NCBI GenBank assembly: GCA_965231135.1
Contig: OZ246419.1
Coordinates: 81,028-145,027, forward strand
Source of the DNA: an uncultured Gammaproteobacteria bacterium
GTDB lineage: Bacteria > Patescibacteriota > Microgenomatia > UBA8517
Reading direction: 5' to 3'
DNA length: 64,000 bases
The position numbers and the translations under genes were made by a program. This document shows, in pieces, positions 9,954 to 19,701 of the stretch. Under the pieces are notes generated by a model, which worked only from the letters and a program-made list of their open reading frames with translations, was not told the DNA's origin and made no database searches. Numbering within the stretch: the stretch's first letter is position 1; the number at the start of each line of letters is the position of its first letter.

Positions 9954-11222
9954 TTAATTAACAAAAGTCAAAGCTGTGCCTTTTTTGTCTGCGCGACCAG
10001 TTCTTCCAATTCTATGGATATAATCTTCATAACTTTCTGGTAATTCGTAATTTATGACGTGAGTGACATCTGGAATATCAAGACCACGAGAAGCAACATC
10101 TGTTGCAAGTAATATTTTTACATACCCATCTTTAAATTCGCTTAATGCTCTTTGCCTTTGATTTTGGCTTTTATTTCCATGAATGGAAGCAGCTTTAAAT
10201 CCTCTATCAATCAATTCTCTAGAGAGTTTCTCTACTCCAAACTTTGTGCGGCCAAAAATTAATACTTTTTCAAAACCAGGACTGATAAGTAATTCATGTA
10301 AAACTTCTATTTTTGATTTGCCGTTTGTTTTTACAATTTGCTGACTAACATTTGCTGTAGGGGCATTTGATTCAATTTTTATTGTCACCGGATTTTTAAG
10401 AAACTTTTTCATAACTCTCTCGACACCGTCCGTTATCGTTGCTGAGAAAAATAAAGACTGACGGGCGTATGGAAGTTTATTAATGATGTAATCTACATCC
10501 TGGATAAAGCCCATATCAAGCATGTGGTCGACTTCGTCAAGAACGATATTTCTATAATTATTAAAATTTATTTGGTGTTGATCTTCAAGATCTTTTAAGC
10601 GGCCAGGAGTACCAATAACAAATTGAGGATTTCTTCGTAAAATTTTAATCTGGCCGTGCATACTAACTCCTCCAATACAAAGAACACTTTGTAAATTTGT
10701 ATTGTAAGTAAATTCACGAAGTTCATCTCTGATTTGGACTGCAAGCTCACGAGTGGGAGCTAAAATTAAAACTTTTTGATCAGGATTTCTTAAAACTTTG
10801 TTAATTAAAGGAATAAGAAAAGCTGCAGTTTTACCTGAACCGGTTTTGGCAATACCGACTAAATCATGGCCTCTTAAAAGTTCTGGGATAGCAGCATCTT
10901 GAATAGGAGTTGGATTTATATAATTTTTATTAATAATATTTGTTTCCAGGCGCCTATCTAACTTAAAATCTGAAAATTTATTTTTGGCAATAAATTCTTT
11001 TACAACAACTTCTTCCTGGGGCATGCTATTAAGATTATTAATCATGTTTGTTGGGTCAAAATTTTTGGCACGAAAACGAGCGCGAGCGCCTCCGCGAGAC
11101 CTAAAATGATTATTATTCCTAAAGTTTCTATTTCCTCCACGGAAACTGTCTTTATGATTTCTGTTTTTGTTGTACATAATTTGCTGCCTAATATGAAAAT
11201 AAAATCTGAAGAAAAGATACAA
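9954..11222 (-). CDS. DEAD-box ATP-dependent RNA helicase (true start probably the internal Met near 11177)
   Basis: Q-motif region, Walker A AKTGSGKTAAF, PTRELA, DEVD (DEAD variant), SAT, HRIGRTGRA; RGG-rich N-terminal tail. Confidence 0.9.
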   Translation of the reverse strand: MYLFFRFYFHIRQQIMYNKNRNHKDSFRGGNRNFRNNNHFRSRGGARARFRAKNFDPTNMINNLNSMPQEEVVVKEFIAKNKFSDFKLDRRLETNIINKNYINPTPIQDAAIPELLRGHDLVGIAKTGSGKTAAFLIPLINKVLRNPDQKVLILAPTRELAVQIRDELREFTYNTNLQSVLCIGGVSMHGQIKILRRNPQFVIGTPGRLKDLEDQHQINFNNYRNIVLDEVDHMLDMGFIQDVDYIINKLPYARQSLFFSATITDGVERVMKKFLKNPVTIKIESNAPTANVSQQIVKTNGKSKIEVLHELLISPGFEKVLIFGRTKFGVEKLSRELIDRGFKAASIHGNKSQNQRQRALSEFKDGYVKILLATDVASRGLDIPDVTHVINYELPESYEDYIHRIGRTGRADKKGTALTFVN

Positions 11223-11357
11223 AAAATAAAAATTGGGGTACCTTATCTTACAAACTCAAATTAGCTTAATTATTAAGCAGTGAGAGTATTATAACAGAAA
11301 TTGGGAATATTTACAAACTATAGGAAGTTCCTTTCTTATTGGCATGGTTTTAAAATA

Positions 11358-12215
11358 TTACACAAACAACAGTCTTGATTCTTTTTTAGAATAAATTTTA
11401 TAACCGCACTCATTTCTAATATTTTGATCTTTATAACCTAATTTTTGAAGATTTTTCTTGCCAACAACAAACGCTTTATTAATTTCATCTTGAAGCAAGT
11501 TTCTTTCTGGAATATTTGTATGCATAGTATCGCTAGCGAACATTAAAATACCTCCTTCTTCCAAATTTTCTGCCAACGTAGGTAGGTCTGTATCCGGTAT
11601 ACTTCCGTGAGTTAAAGCCATTTTTTCGTGGATTAAAGCTAAATGATTATTCAAGGAAATTACGTTTCCATTTGGAAGCATAATTTTTATTCCTGATAAT
11701 TCATTTGCGTCACATTGTATAAAGTTAACTAAATGTCGATATTTATTAACGGCATCAATAGTTCCTTCATTAAATGATTCAGAATCAGGCAGACTTAATT
11801 TTGGGTTAAGTTGTATGTTACTTACCACAAAACAAACTTTTCCATCTTCGACTTCGTTTTTAAATTTATTAGCTAACCTCCCCCATGTTGTTCCCCACAT
11901 TCCTCCAAAATCTAAAAATATGGCAGGGTCGGCTACTTTATCATGAGTTCGTCTATCAATTATTTTTTTCATCGCTTCATATAATGTAATTTCTGTTCCT
12001 AATAATTCAGAAGTGTCTTTTCTCGGAGGAAAAACTAATTTTTGTTTATCTGAGAAAGGTGAAAAATAATCTCCAACACCAATAGACCAATCTTCAGGTC
12101 TTTCATCTTTTCTAATTTCAGCAATATGAATTCTATCTGCTTGCCGTCTTTCCAAAAATTTAGGAGCTGTTTCATATTTTTGTTGTAGAAATTCTCCTGA
12201 ATTGTTTGCAGTCAT
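11358..12215 (-). CDS. Hypothetical protein, possible Rossmann/SAM-methyltransferase-like fold
   Basis: FLDFGGMWG resembles methyltransferase motif I, but weak. Confidence 0.4.
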   Translation of the reverse strand: MTANNSGEFLQQKYETAPKFLERRQADRIHIAEIRKDERPEDWSIGVGDYFSPFSDKQKLVFPPRKDTSELLGTEITLYEAMKKIIDRRTHDKVADPAIFLDFGGMWGTTWGRLANKFKNEVEDGKVCFVVSNIQLNPKLSLPDSESFNEGTIDAVNKYRHLVNFIQCDANELSGIKIMLPNGNVISLNNHLALIHEKMALTHGSIPDTDLPTLAENLEEGGILMFASDTMHTNIPERNLLQDEINKAFVVGKKNLQKLGYKDQNIRNECGYKIYSKKESRLLFV

Positions 12216-12330
12216 TTGTAATTTGATTATATCAAAGGAGCTCTAAAATCGTACTATTTCTAGTGCTGTTAGGATGCTTGCTCGCTTACTGGGATGATTT
12301 TAGAAAAGTTACTGCATAATTTTGCAATAT

Positions 12331-12975
12331 TCATCTGCTTAAAAATTTTGAATTTTTATCAAAAAATCTCCAAAGCTGCTCTATAGCCGCTCTTCCTTCT
12401 TCTGGAGTTGCACCATGAATACCTAAATTAATTCGCTTGCCTGTTGCTACTTCAGCCGTGTAATTTTTGTCTTTATAAATTTTGACTTTAGAATCGTTAT
12501 TGTAAACAAGAAGACCGTTATCGTCTTTATTTAATCCAAGTGCAACAGATAGCATTCCTGGCCCTGATGCTAAACGTTTTATATCTTCTGAAATATATTT
12601 TCTTCTTTCTTTCATTTTTTCTACACCGGAAAGAGGCTCAATGGAACGAATAAATACAACATCGGCATTATTTTCTTCGCCAACAACTATGGATGTCATA
12701 AAGTGAAGACCCATGATTTGATACATGTACAACCGTCCTCCTTGTGCAAATTGTATTTCTGTTCTTGGGGTACGTTTTCCTTTGAACGCATGAGAAGCTG
12801 CATCGTGTGATGGATAAGCTTCTGTTTCTGTAATTTTACCAGAAGTTACCAGTCCATCTTTATTGGTTTCAATTACGCAGCCAATTAATGCAGGTGCGAC
12901 TGTAAGTGATTCTTTAATAAAAAAATCTTGAGACAACAATTGAAGATGCTCCGCCATAGGTTTTCTCTCTGACAT
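12331..12975 (-). CDS. DNA-3-methyladenine glycosylase (AAG/Mpg family)
   Basis: LIGCVIET...GKITETEAY...DAASHAFKGKRTPRTEIQF..GGRLYMYQIMGLHFM matches the conserved Mpg core. Confidence 0.85.
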   Translation of the reverse strand: MSERKPMAEHLQLLSQDFFIKESLTVAPALIGCVIETNKDGLVTSGKITETEAYPSHDAASHAFKGKRTPRTEIQFAQGGRLYMYQIMGLHFMTSIVVGEENNADVVFIRSIEPLSGVEKMKERRKYISEDIKRLASGPGMLSVALGLNKDDNGLLVYNNDSKVKIYKDKNYTAEVATGKRINLGIHGATPEEGRAAIEQLWRFFDKNSKFLSR

Positions 12976-12977
12976 TA

Positions 12978-14267
12978 TCAGAGATCAAACTCTGCTGGCA
13001 AGGTGTTAAGCATAAACTCTTCTGGTTTTTCTGCAAAAATTACTCTTTTACCTAATGATTGAGCGTATCCGATTTCTATTAAAGCTGATGCGCCGACATA
13101 ACCTTCTGGATCACAAATAATTAATGCATCACTTTTTTCAATAGAATCCAAATGATGTCTTTCCAATTCAAGAGGTGTCATCTTTTCTTCTCCTGAAAAT
13201 ACCACAAATTCTTCTCCAGGATTTTTGGGTTCTGTAAACCTCGGACTTAATACCTCTACATTATTTTCTACGAGTTCTTTCCTAATTTTTAGAATATAAT
13301 CTAAGTGTTTTCGAAAACTTCCACTTAAGGTAACATTTCTAAATTCTTGTCTTGCGGCACCGTTTATAAGATTTGAATTAGAAGGAATTATAGTTTCTAT
13401 TCCGTATTTTTCGCATATTGTTTGAGCTATTGCACTACAAGCTCTAGCTCCATGCATCCAGCTTGGATTGTCTGGCATAAGGTCTTCTAATTCTTTTAAT
13501 GTTATTTTTTCGAATACTTCTTCATTTTTTGAAGAGAAATCTTTAGTAGATATAAGAGACGGATGGTCTTCGTCGTTAAATAGATTATTTTTCTGCAAAT
13601 TATATTTTGCCAATTGCATGTAATTTAATTCTCCACCTGAATAGAGTCCAATTTTGACTTTATTGTTTAGTGTCGGTAATTTTTCAGAAACAAAAGCTTT
13701 TACTTTTTCAAGAGATGCAGCAGCTTTTTGTTCATTTATATTTTCAAATTCTGTTAATATTGTTCCTACTCCTAAGTCAACATTTTTAGTTTCTATTTCT
13801 TTATTATCTTTAATAACAACAAGTTCTGTTGAACCTCCACCGATATTTATAAGTAAAACTGGATCGTTGGTTTGATATTTACCAACTAATGCCACTTGGA
13901 GATAAAAACTTTCTAATTCTTGTGGAATTATATTGAAAAATAAACCAGTCGTGAGAAAGAACTCATCTACAAATTCCCTTTTTGTTTTTGGTTCAAGTTT
14001 TCTATATAAAGCAGTTGCAAATATTTTTATAGTAGTCTCTGGATATTTATTTTTTATCTCTTCGATAATTCCATATAATTCTTTTTTGTTATTATCAGAG
14101 ATACCCTTTATTGGATCGAAGTCCGTTTTAAATGGAATTGATTTTGTTAAAAATAAGTTAAGAGAGTCGCCTGCCTTTTCGTAAGCTTTAACTGTTGAAG
14201 AGCCTATATCAATGAATATGTATTTTTTCATTAAGTAGAATATAGTACTGCTTAAAACTATTGTCAA
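12978..14267 (-). CDS. Ppx/GppA-family phosphatase with extra C-terminal domain
   Basis: N-terminal IFIDIGSSTVKAYE actin-like ATPase motif of Ppx/GppA; C-terminal ~100 aa unassigned. Confidence 0.65.
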   Translation of the reverse strand: MTIVLSSTIFYLMKKYIFIDIGSSTVKAYEKAGDSLNLFLTKSIPFKTDFDPIKGISDNNKKELYGIIEEIKNKYPETTIKIFATALYRKLEPKTKREFVDEFFLTTGLFFNIIPQELESFYLQVALVGKYQTNDPVLLINIGGGSTELVVIKDNKEIETKNVDLGVGTILTEFENINEQKAAASLEKVKAFVSEKLPTLNNKVKIGLYSGGELNYMQLAKYNLQKNNLFNDEDHPSLISTKDFSSKNEEVFEKITLKELEDLMPDNPSWMHGARACSAIAQTICEKYGIETIIPSNSNLINGAARQEFRNVTLSGSFRKHLDYILKIRKELVENNVEVLSPRFTEPKNPGEEFVVFSGEEKMTPLELERHHLDSIEKSDALIICDPEGYVGASALIEIGYAQSLGKRVIFAEKPEEFMLNTLPAEFDL

Positions 14268-14314
14268 TAGGTAAATACTACTGTGAATAGATATTAGAAT
14301 GGTATAATATACAA

Positions 14315-14596
14315 ATGCACGGTAACTTATTGGGCAAGAAAATTAAGACAGCTAGAGTTTTGGTGGGATTATCGCAAAAAGAATTAGCAGAAAAACTTAA
14401 TTTATCTGAGAAGACAATTAGTGCATATGAGAAGGGCAGAGCAACGCCGCCTTCCCCTACTTTACAAAGAATCGCTAACGCGACTAATCAATACCTTCAA
14501 TTCTTTTCTGAAAATGAAGGAAAGGATAAGACTGATGAAATTTTAGAAAAACTTGATATCATCATTCAAGAACTTAAAAGGATTAACAATGGATGA
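14315..14596 (+). CDS. XRE-family helix-turn-helix transcriptional regulator
   Basis: LSQKELAEKLNLSEKTISAYEKGRATP canonical HTH_3. Confidence 0.8.
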   Translation: MHGNLLGKKIKTARVLVGLSQKELAEKLNLSEKTISAYEKGRATPPSPTLQRIANATNQYLQFFSENEGKDKTDEILEKLDIIIQELKRINNG

Positions 14597-15149
14597 AGAT
14601 TTAATAAAAACCATTCTTACAACAGGGATTTTAAAAAGAATTGACAGGACAGGTTGGGTAAAAAAGGGAGTTAAAAATCCAGAATCTGTTTCTGATCACT
14701 CTTACCGTGTCGCTGTTATTGCAATGCTTGTTGCACCACTACTCGATTTAGATCAGGCCAAGTTGATAAAAATGGCTTTACTACACGACTTAGGAGAAGC
14801 AGTTATTGGAGATGTTATTTGGGAAAAAGGTAAAAAGATAATTGGTTCTCAAAGCGAAAAACACAAAGACGAAGGCGAAGCTGTCAAACAAATTTTTGAT
14901 AAAACAAATAACAAAGAATATGTTGAACTTTGGGAAGAATTTGAATTGCAAACTTCTAAAGAGGCGCAGGTTCTAAAACAAATAGATAAATTAGAGATGG
15001 CAATTCAAGCTTATGAATATGAGAGAGAAGGAAATCCTTCTGAAAAATTAAATGAGTTTTGGGAGAATGCTGAGAAATATTTACAAGATAAAGAACTGGG
15101 GCCATTATTTAATTTATTGGTAAAAATGAGGTCTTCAAATGAAAGTTAA
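14590..15149 (+). CDS. HD-domain phosphohydrolase (YfbR/HDDC2-like 5'-deoxynucleotidase family)
   Basis: HSYRVAVIAM (H..R) and LLHDLGEAVIGD (HD) motifs; start ATG overlaps the XRE stop in ATGA (translational coupling), so the track start 14553 is likely too early. Confidence 0.75.
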
Positions 15150-15211
15150 TTTCTAAAATCGTCCTGTCTGGACTAGACTAAGCTCTCTCTGGTCGAAAAT
15201 GTAAGAACTTA

Positions 15212-16105
15212 TTACAAAGATATATCTTCAATCATTATTTCCACATCTTTGATCGCCTGATCATTTACAACCAACTTCCACTCATCTGTGTCAATAGAAG
15301 GACTTATTCCTATACAACCTCTGATTCTTTTTATAATATTGTTCACTTCTACACGTCTGGTAGTTGTGTTTTGCGGTAACTTAGATATTGCCCGATTTAA
15401 TCTTTGAGTTACTTGCCCTATCGTCGCTTGAGAGTCAGGTACAAGATCCTGTAAATTAGCGGCGCTTTTATCGCTCCATCTGTTTAAGTATCCACTAAGT
15501 TTTTCGGTAACATTTACGGGTTCGTTGTCTCTTTGTGGTTTAGTTTGAATATATTCTTCTACTTTTTGACCGGCTTTATGTAGAGACCCCAACAGAATGT
15601 CGTGAGATTTAATATCAGCTATTACATCTTCATGCTGTTGTTGCACAAAGTCATCTTCTTCGCCTGTTTTTGGCTCTTCTAGATAGAGAACAACTTCGGT
15701 AACTTGATAGACATCGTACAACAAACCTTCTAGTTGTTCATAATCAAATAGTTCGAGTTCTTCTTCGTCTGTCAATTTGTCTGTGAGCTTATCACCTAGT
15801 TCATAAGTCATCTTGTTAGATTGTATTGCGTCTGTAAGTTCTTGAGATAAGCTTTGGGGGGATGACACGTCAAGCGAGTTTAATCTATGATTGAGTGCCA
15901 TTGGAGAGCCTAATGCTTTCCCATCATGGATGCTAAATTCTATACCATACTCTTTTGACAATCTATCTAAGACATCTCTAATTACTTGTCGTTCATTTTT
16001 TGGCTCTTCAATCCCTTCCATATCTACATCATGTAACGCATCTTCAAAAGCTGACAGATTTGGTTCATTGTCTTGTGGAATTGGAAGGTTCTTATCTTCT
16101 GACAT
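15212..16105 (-). CDS. Acidic hypothetical protein
   Basis: Highly D/E-rich 297-aa ORF, no motif. Confidence 0.4.
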   Translation of the reverse strand: MSEDKNLPIPQDNEPNLSAFEDALHDVDMEGIEEPKNERQVIRDVLDRLSKEYGIEFSIHDGKALGSPMALNHRLNSLDVSSPQSLSQELTDAIQSNKMTYELGDKLTDKLTDEEELELFDYEQLEGLLYDVYQVTEVVLYLEEPKTGEEDDFVQQQHEDVIADIKSHDILLGSLHKAGQKVEEYIQTKPQRDNEPVNVTEKLSGYLNRWSDKSAANLQDLVPDSQATIGQVTQRLNRAISKLPQNTTTRRVEVNNIIKRIRGCIGISPSIDTDEWKLVVNDQAIKDVEIMIEDISL

Positions 16106-16166
16106 TACAATAATTATAGACTAAAAAAGATAAAAATGTTCAAGTCCTGTTGTAAGTTGATATATT

Positions 16167-16706
16167 TTAATTATTTTTAATTCGTTTGTTAATTAAGGGT
16201 GAAAAGTGATTTTTGTATTTTTCTTGAAGTTCTGATAATCGCCAGTCTTTGCCTGTAACTTTGTGTCTACAACTTTTTGAGCCACAATTACAATCCCATT
16301 TTGAGATATAATTTTCATCTGCTTCCCAAATTGCATAATCGGCAGTAAGTTCTTCATCTTTTGAAATATCACGCATAGCTACTAGGGCATAAGCACCTTG
16401 CATATATAAGTTAGGTTCACAAGAATGGTTTACGAAGTAGCCAGATCCTTCCCCTCTATCTTCAATACTAAAAAGATCATCGTCCCATTGCATAACCAAC
16501 TTACCACTCCTTTCGGCTTTATTAGCTTGTTTTGAGTTGACATATTCTCCACCCCAAACCACAACTAAATCTCCTTTTTTAATTGGTTTTACTGCATAAA
16601 GACCTTTCCCACCAATTTTAGATTGTCTTATTTCTGTGTCTGGGTTAATCCAATCTTCATCATTGAGGCTTTTTCTAATTTTCTTAATTATTTCTTCGGT
16701 ATTCAT
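16167..16706 (-). CDS. SET-domain protein methyltransferase with post-SET Cys cluster
   Basis: GKGLYA, NHSCEPN and ELTADY core SET motifs plus C-terminal CNCGSKSCRH post-SET zinc motif. Confidence 0.8.
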   Translation of the reverse strand: MNTEEIIKKIRKSLNDEDWINPDTEIRQSKIGGKGLYAVKPIKKGDLVVVWGGEYVNSKQANKAERSGKLVMQWDDDLFSIEDRGEGSGYFVNHSCEPNLYMQGAYALVAMRDISKDEELTADYAIWEADENYISKWDCNCGSKSCRHKVTGKDWRLSELQEKYKNHFSPLINKRIKNN

Positions 16707-16752
16707 ATCTGAAGTATACCAAAGTTCTAATTACTTGCCCCTTTTTTTGTAT

Positions 16753-17337
16753 TTAATATTTAAAAATTAGACCAATCTTGCCAAGAGATGTCTTTATTTT
16801 TAGATCCATTGGTTTAACAAATTTGTTAATTACAAAATATATCTCGATATTGAATGGATTCTTGTCAATTTTGCAGAATAGACATTTTTCTTTTGGATAC
16901 TTTTTTTCACTTTTCAAGTTTATTTTTCTGCCACCCAAATGGCGTTCTTCTGTATCTCCAAGAGGTAAGACATTATTCAAATAATACCTGGTGTGTTTAT
17001 CTGGGTCTAAATTAAGTTTTTCAGCGATTGTTTTTATCTCTTCATCCCATATGCTTGGAGATTTATCTAAGTCAAAACTCGTGAAGACTATCGGAGTTCT
17101 TCCAGTAAAAGTTTTTGGGTACTCTTCTTCTTCGTTGTGCATATTTAGCAAGAATTTTGTTTCTCTGTCTTCAATTATTTTTGCTTCATGGAAAGAATAG
17201 TGATGATGAGTACCGATGAACGATAGTCTTATATCTTTGCGTCCGTCAGTTAGGATTGATGTTTGTATTTTTATAAAAGGATATTCATGGTTTTGAAAAA
17301 TGGCTATTATGTATATCTCTGTTTGAAATTTGGACAT
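16753..17337 (-). CDS. Hypothetical protein (operon partner of OLD nuclease)
   Basis: 3-nt gap to upstream gene, 47-nt gap to SET gene; contains CLFC pair; no assignable domain. Confidence 0.45.
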   Translation of the reverse strand: MSKFQTEIYIIAIFQNHEYPFIKIQTSILTDGRKDIRLSFIGTHHHYSFHEAKIIEDRETKFLLNMHNEEEEYPKTFTGRTPIVFTSFDLDKSPSIWDEEIKTIAEKLNLDPDKHTRYYLNNVLPLGDTEERHLGGRKINLKSEKKYPKEKCLFCKIDKNPFNIEIYFVINKFVKPMDLKIKTSLGKIGLIFKY

Positions 17338-17339
17338 AT

Positions 17340-17918
17340 CTAAAAAGGTTTTCTTTTATGATAAAACCTGTGTTTTCCTTGTAATTGGTGTGTGTATTGT
17401 GTTGTGTAGTTATCTGTTAAGGAAACACCAGATATATTTTTAAGGGTACTTATTACTTGTGATATTAGGATTACTGATGCGGCGATAAGTATTATCCACC
17501 AAACAACAATCCATACTTTATATCTCAACCAAGTATTCTTCAGGAAATTTGTTTCTACTAGAATACGACCCGCCAAGACTCCGTTTCTATTTATTTTTAC
17601 CGACTGGTTAGAATTTGGGTCTTCATCACCAAAACCATACACTGGCAAGCTTTGCAGGATATGGGAACAACTATTTACTAACCGGTTCCTCTCGTCTTCG
17701 GAAATAAATTTTTCATCTCTACAATAATCCAAAGCAGATTTTACATGATTTGGACCTATATACGAGCCTAGATGTTGATGGTGTACACTAGCAGCCCAAA
17801 TTAGGACTGCTTTTACGCCATTCCACAAAGATTTCTCCTTTTTATGGCTTTCGTATTCCATCAACTGTTGTAGTATGTCCAACTTACGAAATGATGCAGG
17901 GGTAAAGGGAATATTCAT
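17340..17918 (-). CDS. Hypothetical protein with C-terminal transmembrane helix
   Basis: Soluble N-domain then WIVVWWIILIAASVILISQVI hydrophobic helix; 13 nt downstream of OLD gene. Confidence 0.45.
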   Translation of the reverse strand: MNIPFTPASFRKLDILQQLMEYESHKKEKSLWNGVKAVLIWAASVHHQHLGSYIGPNHVKSALDYCRDEKFISEDERNRLVNSCSHILQSLPVYGFGDEDPNSNQSVKINRNGVLAGRILVETNFLKNTWLRYKVWIVVWWIILIAASVILISQVISTLKNISGVSLTDNYTTQYTHQLQGKHRFYHKRKPF

Positions 17919-17930
17919 ACCTTATAAAAA

Positions 17931-19592
17931 TTATTCGTTAGCTATATCCACTGATTTGTTAATAATGTTTTTGATGGTAGTTGGAACTTCTTCTTTCGCG
18001 ATTGTTTCTGCTAAGTATTTAGCCGCAAAAGGCTTTGATTTTATTAAGAAATGCCTAACTTTTTCCTCCAAACTCTTATTTATAATTCTGGGGTGGTTTT
18101 TATAATTTGTGTAGCTGATGCCATAAGCTTGGTTCAGTAAAACATCTGTCTTTTGTAATCCAATGTCTTTTACAAGAACTGCTTCAAAATCTACATCCAT
18201 TGGAAACTTTGGCGCTTGTATCAAGTTTATTGTTTCATTTAACCCAGAACCGGGATCGTCGACGTCATAGACCACAACATGTGGAATTTTGAAACTTGTA
18301 AGATAGTCTGAATAGTTTTTTATATTTGGTTTACCGTTTACTTCAACCAAAACTACTCCCTTTTTAGATAAGTCTACGTTCAACTTATTAGCAAAGGTGG
18401 GAAGTGATAGATACTCTGTTGGTCCTTCCACTAAAATTACAGAGTTGGCAAAAAAAAGAAGGTTTCTTTGAGCATCAATATCGCGTTCAATTTTATTTTC
18501 CCCTGCGGGAGTTAACCAGTGAGATTCTTCGGGGAGCTGGACAACGTCGGTTTCGCCATTTTTTCTAAACACCCGTGCTATGTTTTTAGGTCTTGTTACG
18601 TTCACTAGAAATGGAGAATGAGAGGAAAAAACCACTTGGTTAGTTTTACTGCGATTTTGCATTGCTGTATTAAGTACGTATAATGCCAGCGGATGTAAAA
18701 ACAACTCTGGTTCTTCGAGACAAATTACTAGATTATTTTCCTGTTTAGCAACCAGTAATACCAGCGCTATTACTGCCAAACTTTTTATTCCGTCACCTTT
18801 TGTGTTTAGTTCACTTAAAAATCCATCATCGAGGTTTAGATGAACAGTTTTCATTATATCTCCTGGATTTACAGGCAATAATGATATATGAGTTGATGTG
18901 TAATCGTCTGTTAAAAATTCTAAGATTTGTTTTCTTATTTCTTCGTTAAGATTTACAAAGTCGCTACTTCCAGCAACTTTTATTGTTAGCTCTTCAAGGA
19001 TAGATTTTATATCTATATTCTTATTCGCATTTGATCTTAGTTTATTTAATAGTTTTCCCCAATCGTATTTTTGAGAATCAGAAAAGTATTTATCTGCATC
19101 TCTCTGTCCTGGTATAAGTATTAACTGCGGGAACAGTTCTCTTGCGTCGTTTTTAACAACTATCTCATTTCCGCCTACTGAATATCTTAATGGTTCAAGA
19201 TCGTCACCTAGATAATAAAATTTACCAGGTTCACCATAAGGCAACTCAAGGCAGACATTAAGCTTTGTTGAATAATTTCCTCTAACAGGCTCTGATCCCC
19301 TGACACGTAGATAGCCTCTTGCCTTTGATCTAAAAAATTTTAAGTCGTCTTCTGATAACTGATCGAGTGTTAATATAATCTTAACTGGTAATTTGGTATT
19401 GTTTCTGTGGTAATCGCCAATTTCTAGGTTTGTATAAGTAGGGTACGATTTGCCTAGTATTATAGATAAAGCTTTTATAATATTTGACTTACCAACGTTA
19501 TTGGGACCAACTAAGGCTAATAAATCACTGAAGCTGACTTCTGTTTTCTTTATACTTCTATAATTTTCTATAATTATTCTTTTAATCTTCAT
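17931..19592 (-). CDS. OLD-family ATP-dependent endonuclease (ABC ATPase + Toprim)
   Basis: N-terminal IKRIIIENYRSIK...LVGPNNVGKSNIIKAL (AAA_15/ABC Walker A), C-terminal Toprim ILVEGPTE ... VVYDVDD. Confidence 0.8.
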   Translation of the reverse strand: MKIKRIIIENYRSIKKTEVSFSDLLALVGPNNVGKSNIIKALSIILGKSYPTYTNLEIGDYHRNNTKLPVKIILTLDQLSEDDLKFFRSKARGYLRVRGSEPVRGNYSTKLNVCLELPYGEPGKFYYLGDDLEPLRYSVGGNEIVVKNDARELFPQLILIPGQRDADKYFSDSQKYDWGKLLNKLRSNANKNIDIKSILEELTIKVAGSSDFVNLNEEIRKQILEFLTDDYTSTHISLLPVNPGDIMKTVHLNLDDGFLSELNTKGDGIKSLAVIALVLLVAKQENNLVICLEEPELFLHPLALYVLNTAMQNRSKTNQVVFSSHSPFLVNVTRPKNIARVFRKNGETDVVQLPEESHWLTPAGENKIERDIDAQRNLLFFANSVILVEGPTEYLSLPTFANKLNVDLSKKGVVLVEVNGKPNIKNYSDYLTSFKIPHVVVYDVDDPGSGLNETINLIQAPKFPMDVDFEAVLVKDIGLQKTDVLLNQAYGISYTNYKNHPRIINKSLEEKVRHFLIKSKPFAAKYLAETIAKEEVPTTIKNIINKSVDIANE

Positions 19593-19701
19593 CTTAAAAC
19601 GAGCCTCGTCCTTATTAAAATTTTGTTATTAAAAAGACACACAGATTATACACCAGTAAAGAAAGACTTGTTCTTTTGTAACTCGCTTGGTCGATTTGAA
19701 G

